The notes under the pieces: model-generated
The model's input: the letters and a program-made list of their open reading frames with translations, nothing else
The model's database searches: none
Told to the model about the DNA's origin: nothing
DNA from: Candidatus Poribacteria bacterium
Lineage (GTDB): Bacteria > Poribacteria > WGA-4E > WGA-3G
Direction of reading: 5' to 3'
Assembly (NCBI GenBank): GCA_965215265.1
Contig: OZ244048.1
Location: forward strand, 2,784,001 to 2,848,000
Length of the DNA stretch: 64,000 nucleotides
In this document: positions 58,282-64,000 of the stretch, in pieces
Layout of the letters: each line of letters opens with the position of its first letter
How positions within the stretch are numbered: the first letter of the stretch is position 1
Made by a program: the position numbers and the translations under genes

Positions 58282-59280
58282 CTAAAATCCGTAAGAGAGG
58301 GAAGCGAAGTGGCTTATTCCGACTCCATTGATTTCGCTGGACATTCCATCTTGGATAGCATAGTCAATCTGTAAGCCGCCGATGTTTACGCCAAACCCCC
58401 CGAAGAGGTTTTGCGTATCGCGGGATGCTCTGAGCCCGCCGCGAAGTGCAAAGGCAGTCGACTTGTAATTAACAATTGTATACTCAGCACCAAGGCGGAG
58501 GCTAGTCGCACTCTCATCCAGATTCACAAATTCTTGTTCAATATCGGCCGCGAAGGTGACAACGTTGCCCATATAGAGATTGTAAGCGACACCTATATCA
58601 ATAACCATGGGGACAGTATCCTCGCCCAAGGATGCACCGAGGTATTTAGCAACAATACCGTAATGGAACGTAGGCACCTTTTCATCAGCGACATCGATGT
58701 GAAAGGCATGTCCCATGAGGCCGACATCAACCCCGCCAAAGCCGCTTTGGTTTTCAACGTTCTCTGCACCGAAGTTATCCATTAGCATCCGTGCACTGAG
58801 GCCGAGGCTAAAGTTACCGATGTTATGGCCGTAAGAGAGAGAATACGCATTCGCGCTGTAGTTGATGTCGCCGCCGTACTGCTCGTTTGCATTGTACTGA
58901 GCAATATCAGATACCCCGGCGTTTGTCACAGCCAACCCAATAGACCCGTTGGATCCGACAGACTTTGACAGTGCGAGGAAGTTATGGCTTCTATCAAGGG
59001 AAAGCCGCTGAGTAGATAAATTGAGACTTAAATCCTGTGCAGAGCCGAGCCCTGCGGGATTCCAGACAGTAGCGGTAGCATCATTAGCAATCGCAGTGAA
59101 GGCACCGCCCAAGCCAATGGAGCGTGCCCCGGCACCAAGCCGTAAGTGTGGCATAGCATTGACTCCAGCAAAAGAGACCGGTGACACAGCTAGAATGAGA
59201 AACAAAACAGGTATTAAACCGCACAACAATTTAGGGCATTGCTTACAAGCCCATCTCGAAATTCGCTTTGTCTTAAACAT
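58282..59280 (-). CDS. PorV/PorQ-family outer-membrane beta-barrel
   Basis: GAGARSIGLGGAFTAIANDATATVWNPAGL; alternating strands; terminal Phe (SLSYGF); AAGGAGG RBS. Confidence 0.85.
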   Translation of the reverse strand: MFKTKRISRWACKQCPKLLCGLIPVLFLILAVSPVSFAGVNAMPHLRLGAGARSIGLGGAFTAIANDATATVWNPAGLGSAQDLSLNLSTQRLSLDRSHNFLALSKSVGSNGSIGLAVTNAGVSDIAQYNANEQYGGDINYSANAYSLSYGHNIGNFSLGLSARMLMDNFGAENVENQSGFGGVDVGLMGHAFHIDVADEKVPTFHYGIVAKYLGASLGEDTVPMVIDIGVAYNLYMGNVVTFAADIEQEFVNLDESATSLRLGAEYTIVNYKSTAFALRGGLRASRDTQNLFGGFGVNIGGLQIDYAIQDGMSSEINGVGISHFASLSYGF

Positions 59281-59359
59281 TAGATCCTCCTTCAGCGTCC
59301 ACTGCTGGGATTGAATGTAGAAAGAACTATCCAATCCCAGACAGGTGGACACAATTTGC

Positions 59360-62300
59360 TTAGCGCGTCAGAGCGAGCTTGAGAATAGCATACTCCGGCT
59401 CAAAACCATCCGCCACCATGACTTGGCAGAAATAGATGCCCCTAGCTAAGTCTTCGCCGCCAGTTGTTGTTCCATCCCAACCGATTGCATTCTTGCCTAT
59501 ATACTCACCAGCATCCCAGACCTCGTTATCCACGAGGACTCGAACCGGCCGGAGCGTGATGTCGTAAATCACGATACTCACCGTAGATTGCCGGTTCAGC
59601 GTGAAGGAAATCCGAGTATTCTCTTTGAAGGGGTTAGGCGCGTTAATGGGACGCGCTGCGAGCACGGGGCCTTCTTCCTCTTCAAGGAGAAAACTAAACT
59701 CGTGAACTGTCATGTTTGCTTCACGGGCACCGTTATTCTTTTCAGAAACGTTGCCTTCTTGATGCGCCATGTCAGATACTTCAAGTTTAACCGTATGTTT
59801 TCCAACCGCGAGGTCGGCAAGTGGTGTATAGATAACCTGCGATGCCGACTTCTGATTCGGTGCCAGGTTCACCAACTGGTCATCGAGAACAAATCGGATG
59901 GAATCCGGATCAACGCCGGACTCGGCATCAGCAAAACTGATTGCAATCGTCGGTCGGCGTTCAGTTAGGCGTGCATCCTGTTGTGGCGATGATAACGTGA
60001 TAATGGGAGCAGCAGTATCGAAATCGATTGTGAAACTGCCTTTGGCGGTAGCAGAGTTCCCAATTGTATCCGTGGCACGGACTTCAATCGTGTAAGTGCC
60101 CTCGCTAAGGGGTGCTTCAGGAATGAAATCGATTCGTGTAATTCCCTCAACATCGTCCTCACTATCATCTTCATCACTGCCTTTGACCTCTTCGCCGTCA
60201 CTATCAATCACGACAATAGACATTTCATCAACGCCAGATTCGTCGTTGGCACTCGCCGAAATTGTGGGTAGCCCGCCACGGAAAGTTCCGGCAGGTGTGA
60301 TTGAGGTAATCGTCGGTGCGACGTTATCAACAACCAGCGTGAACGTCCAAGAATATTCTGTTGAACCGCCTTCGCTGAGTGCAACGACTTTGAGTCTATG
60401 CGTTCCGGGCGTAAAACTATCGGAAATTTCCAGCCGTCCTTGAGCGATTTGCGCTAGCGGTACAGAACGAAGCGGTTTGTCGTCTATACCGAACCGCACG
60501 CTTGTAACTGCTGATTGTTCGTCTGCCACAACAGCAGAAATGGTTACCCAACTGTCCCCCTTGATAAGTCCGGACGGTCCAGCTTCTGTAATGATAGGGG
60601 GGGTGGTATCTTTCGGCATTGCTACCGTGAAAATCACAGAAGCTTGTACCGTTTTGCCATTACCATCCGTCACTTCAACTGCCACAGTGTGGTCTCCATC
60701 CACTAACTCCTCTTCAGGTGTATAGGAGAATCGGTTGCCGTCTACGGTTGGCGTAGCATCATTTCCATCTAAAGTAAATGTTGTCACTTCAAGTGCACCG
60801 GCCCCAGAAAATTCACCACTGATAAGTGGTTTGCCATGTTCAAATGTCTGACCGGAAGCAGGTGCATGAATCATGACTGTGGGGATTGTGCCACTAATCG
60901 CGAACTCAACAGAAGCCTCCCCGACATTTCCGAGTATATCAGTTACTTGAATGACAACACGGTATGCTCCTCCGGGAAGCTGCTCGTTGCGTGTGTAGAC
61001 CAGCTCAGTTTCATCTTTTTCAAGCATCGCTGGATCTACGGCCACGTCCGCTTCGTTTGGCGGCTGTATACGAACCAAGCCGACCTTCCCTGTTGCTCCA
61101 TCAACACCCCCACCTGCACCGTCATGATATTTGGCGTGAACAGTGGGTAGACTGTCGATTGTATGTCCGGCCAACGGTGCCTCAATTGTAATCGTTGGAG
61201 GCGTATTGTCCAGATGAACAAGTGCCTCACCCGCGGAGAGCGGGAAGGATACGGAACCGTTCCGTTGGGTCACCACAGCGTATGGGGTGTAGAGTCCATC
61301 GGGCAGCCCAGAAAAATCAACCGCTGCTGAGAACGTATTTTCCGGATCTTCGGTAATTTCACTCGGAACCTCACCACCATTGACGGTAGTGCCACTTAGA
61401 TCTTCCAGACTCAAAGAACCGTTCGCAACCGTGAAACTTACAGCAACTGACGATTTGAGTAGAATAGGTTCCGCTGGTGGTTCCTGCACGGGTTCACCAT
61501 CAACAGCTGTCACCACCAGGTCACTGACATCAGTAGTGCGGAAATTGAGCACATTGACATCGCTTGCGGGGGACTCATCTGTTTGCACGTTTCCGGCTGC
61601 ATCAACAGCCAAAGCATGGAAGGTATAGAGTGCATTCTCTAACTGACCGACATCAACCGTGATTTTAAGGATGCCAACTTCACCAACAATTTCGGTTATC
61701 GTACCGTCAGCGGCGGTTTGCACCAATTTTACCGAAGCGTATGTATCCTCGGCGGCTGTAGGTTGGACCGTAAAGGTTGCGATAGGTGAGTTAACCGTTG
61801 CATCAACAATGCCCCCAACCGTGTAGAGCCCGTCGCCATCCGGAGCAATCACACCGGCGACATCTTCAACAATGAGAATGGGGGTTGGTCCGAGCGGTGC
61901 AACATCATCCACGTTATCAACAGAGAGTTTTGCGCTGACACCTGCAGCTGCTATGGTTTCGGTCCCATCGCTTGCGATGGCAATCGCGCGAACGGTATAT
62001 TGATCGTCGTCCTTAGAGGCATCGCGCGCAGCAGGACTATCTGCGGTAATGGTATCTTCCAATTGGGTTGTATCAACAGTGTGCACCCATTTCATATAGT
62101 TGTGAACAATGGGCACAACCGCTTTACCACCTACTGCGGCACCTGCGAGGTCCTCAAGGACACCGACAAATTCCTGGCCTTCAGGTGTTACACCGGTGCT
62201 TTGCTGCGCAGTGCCCACATCTATCCAGTCCGTGCCGCTGCTCTGTTTAACCTCAAATCGAATCGCGACGATATCCGGTGCCGTCCGTTCCGGGGTATAG

Positions 62301-64000
62301 GCGTTAACGGTAACAGAACCTTGTGGTCCACCGCTGTCTGCATTCGTTGTTTCTGCAGCATCTACGATAATAGACGATACTTCAACAGCGACGGGGCAAA
62401 CACCAGGGTCTAACTTTATCTGTGCTGCTACTGGTGCTTGGTCCGTAAGTGAGAATGCATTGGTTGCAACTGCCCGAACCGTCACACTGTTCCCAGCAGC
62501 GACTAAGGCATCAAAATCTTTGATGTTCCAATTGACATCATGCATCGAACCGATTTTGGTTCCAGCCAGATCAAATTCGCCAATATTCTGCCAAGCCCCA
62601 CTCGCGTCCATGTACTGCACCATTACGGTGGCAGGATGGATTGTGCGGTGGGTCACTTCGATGGTTAATACCACATTTTCAGTCGTATTCGAGAAAATGG
62701 TTACATCGCCAACTGCCCCGCTTTCATACGGATCGTCGGTGTCGCCATCGCCAGTACAATCACCAATGACAGCAGAGACAACCTGCGCTGTGTCGTAAGA
62801 GGTAGCAGGAACTGGGAAGGCTCCAGGGTCTAACTTTATCTGTGCTGCTACTGGTGCTTGGTCCGTAAGTGAGAGCGCATTAGCTGCAACTGCCCGAACT
62901 GTCACGCTGTTCCCAGCAGCGACTAAGGCATCAAAATCTTTGATGTTCCAATTGACATCATGCATCGAACCGATTTCGTTCTCAGCCAGATCAAATTCGC
63001 CAATATTTTGCCAAGCCCCACTCGCGTCCATGTACTGCACCATTACGGTGGCAGGATGGATTGTGCGGTGGGTCACTTCAATGGTTAACACCACATTTTC
63101 AGTCGTATTCGAGAAAATGGTTACATCGCCAACTGCCCCACTTTCACCTGGATCATTGGTATCGCCATCGCCATTAGAATAATCACCAATGACAACAGAG
63201 ACAACCTGTGCTGTGTCGTATTCAGGTGCGATAACTCTGAGACGTGTCGGTTCGGTGTGAGAACTAACGTTAAAGAGGGTATCAATTCCTAATGCGCGAA
63301 CCCCATAGTCGCCAATCAGGAGTGGCATCTGTTCGCCTTGGATGGGCATAACCACGTTATTATCCGGGTCTCCGAAGGTTAACGGCACAGCATTCAGCAA
63401 GTTAACTGTAGCGCCCAAGACATCGTGTAAAACTTGGCTACCCTCTAGGGTCAACTGCCTATTTCCGATATTGATAATCGAGTTTAAATCTTTGAGGAAG
63501 GGATTGGCGTACTGTTGTATCAAACTGGGAGTCAGAAGAGAAAGTACAGTCTCCAAGGGTAGCCCCCGCAGCATCTCAAGATCTCCGCGAAGTGCACCTT
63601 GAATTTCTGCTTGTGCTAACGCTTCATCCCATAGTCTTGAGGCAAGCATAGTTGCATCAATAGTGAGGGGCATCCAAGTGCTTTCTGGGAGACCATTAGC
63701 ATCCAATTCAACCTCTTGGAAGACCAAATATCCTTCGCCCGGTGCGACCCCGGCAATTTGTCCAGCGTTGATATTCAACGTAGCGGCTGTCCCGGGCTGT
63801 GGTGCGGTAGCAACATAAACCCCTTCTTCATTCAAATAACCGCCGGTGTTGCTACGCGGGGAAATCTGAAGTGTCGCCTCAGGCGCGTTGGTATCAACCG
63901 TAAATTCCCCTTGCATCTGATCTAGAGAATTTCCTGCGGCATCATACACAACGGCTTGTAAGTAGTAGTTCCCATCAGCAATTGAATCAATGTTAGCAGT
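59360..64000 (-). CDS. giant secreted multi-Ig-domain protein with T9SS type-A/FlgD-like C-terminal sorting domain (5' end outside the window)
   Basis: Frame is open to 64000; many D.T.P.I Big-like repeats; C-terminal NAPNPF...ISFTL....V...IYD...VRVL...WDG.....LARGIYF. Confidence 0.88.
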   Translation of the reverse strand, partial: TANIDSIADGNYYLQAVVYDAAGNSLDQMQGEFTVDTNAPEATLQISPRSNTGGYLNEEGVYVATAPQPGTAATLNINAGQIAGVAPGEGYLVFQEVELDANGLPESTWMPLTIDATMLASRLWDEALAQAEIQGALRGDLEMLRGLPLETVLSLLTPSLIQQYANPFLKDLNSIINIGNRQLTLEGSQVLHDVLGATVNLLNAVPLTFGDPDNNVVMPIQGEQMPLLIGDYGVRALGIDTLFNVSSHTEPTRLRVIAPEYDTAQVVSVVIGDYSNGDGDTNDPGESGAVGDVTIFSNTTENVVLTIEVTHRTIHPATVMVQYMDASGAWQNIGEFDLAENEIGSMHDVNWNIKDFDALVAAGNSVTVRAVAANALSLTDQAPVAAQIKLDPGAFPVPATSYDTAQVVSAVIGDCTGDGDTDDPYESGAVGDVTIFSNTTENVVLTIEVTHRTIHPATVMVQYMDASGAWQNIGEFDLAGTKIGSMHDVNWNIKDFDALVAAGNSVTVRAVATNAFSLTDQAPVAAQIKLDPGVCPVAVEVSSIIVDAAETTNADSGGPQGSVTVNAYTPERTAPDIVAIRFEVKQSSGTDWIDVGTAQQSTGVTPEGQEFVGVLEDLAGAAVGGKAVVPIVHNYMKWVHTVDTTQLEDTITADSPAARDASKDDDQYTVRAIAIASDGTETIAAAGVSAKLSVDNVDDVAPLGPTPILIVEDVAGVIAPDGDGLYTVGGIVDATVNSPIATFTVQPTAAEDTYASVKLVQTAADGTITEIVGEVGILKITVDVGQLENALYTFHALAVDAAGNVQTDESPASDVNVLNFRTTDVSDLVVTAVDGEPVQEPPAEPILLKSSVAVSFTVANGSLSLEDLSGTTVNGGEVPSEITEDPENTFSAAVDFSGLPDGLYTPYAVVTQRNGSVSFPLSAGEALVHLDNTPPTITIEAPLAGHTIDSLPTVHAKYHDGAGGGVDGATGKVGLVRIQPPNEADVAVDPAMLEKDETELVYTRNEQLPGGAYRVVIQVTDILGNVGEASVEFAISGTIPTVMIHAPASGQTFEHGKPLISGEFSGAGALEVTTFTLDGNDATPTVDGNRFSYTPEEELVDGDHTVAVEVTDGNGKTVQASVIFTVAMPKDTTPPIITEAGPSGLIKGDSWVTISAVVADEQSAVTSVRFGIDDKPLRSVPLAQIAQGRLEISDSFTPGTHRLKVVALSEGGSTEYSWTFTLVVDNVAPTITSITPAGTFRGGLPTISASANDESGVDEMSIVVIDSDGEEVKGSDEDDSEDDVEGITRIDFIPEAPLSEGTYTIEVRATDTIGNSATAKGSFTIDFDTAAPIITLSSPQQDARLTERRPTIAISFADAESGVDPDSIRFVLDDQLVNLAPNQKSASQVIYTPLADLAVGKHTVKLEVSDMAHQEGNVSEKNNGAREANMTVHEFSFLLEEEEGPVLAARPINAPNPFKENTRISFTLNRQSTVSIVIYDITLRPVRVLVDNEVWDAGEYIGKNAIGWDGTTTGGEDLARGIYFCQVMVADGFEPEYAILKLALTR
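62403..63220 (-). repeat. about 0.4-kb near-identical tandem domain duplication
   Basis: 62403-62797 and 62823-63220 both encode YDTAQVVS...AQIKLDPG, with few substitutions. Confidence 0.92.

Overview
A bacterial chromosomal window of roughly 50% GC. It is dense in sulfatases, PhyH dioxygenases, TPR proteins and secreted proteins with dockerin-like or T9SS-type C-terminal domains. That mix suggests Ca. Poribacteria or a similar sponge-associated diderm, which is an inference only. Content from left to right: (1) an AT-richer block with two membrane-anchored proteins that share a T5orf172/GIY-YIG module, a vWA-like lipoprotein, and an XPB-helicase/DUF790 (Bax1-like) pair; (2) thrB-II, ABC-F, a MarR-ferritin-like fusion, an ECF sigma factor and ftsY; (3) a cobalamin-riboswitch-controlled three-gene operon (beta-propeller+dockerin-like protein, ECF-S-component fusion lipoprotein, PQQ-type beta-propeller), a candidate non-canonical B12 capture system; (4) hisI-trpE-trpG preceded by an unannotated 25-aa leader peptide rich in both His and Trp, with an attenuator; (5) a type I R-M locus with frameshifts in hsdM and hsdR; (6) sugar and sulfate catabolic genes, an RDD-PspA fusion and a broken C39-peptidase/FGE-like cluster; (7) phospholipid genes, a TPR-transglutaminase, a short MetE-like enzyme and a degenerate AccA-like protein; (8) a LysM/PorV-like/giant T9SS-CTD cargo cluster that runs off the right edge. 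No rRNA, tRNA, CRISPR array or intact mobile element was seen. Several indels may be sequencing errors. All family assignments are from motif recognition by eye; no database was searched.
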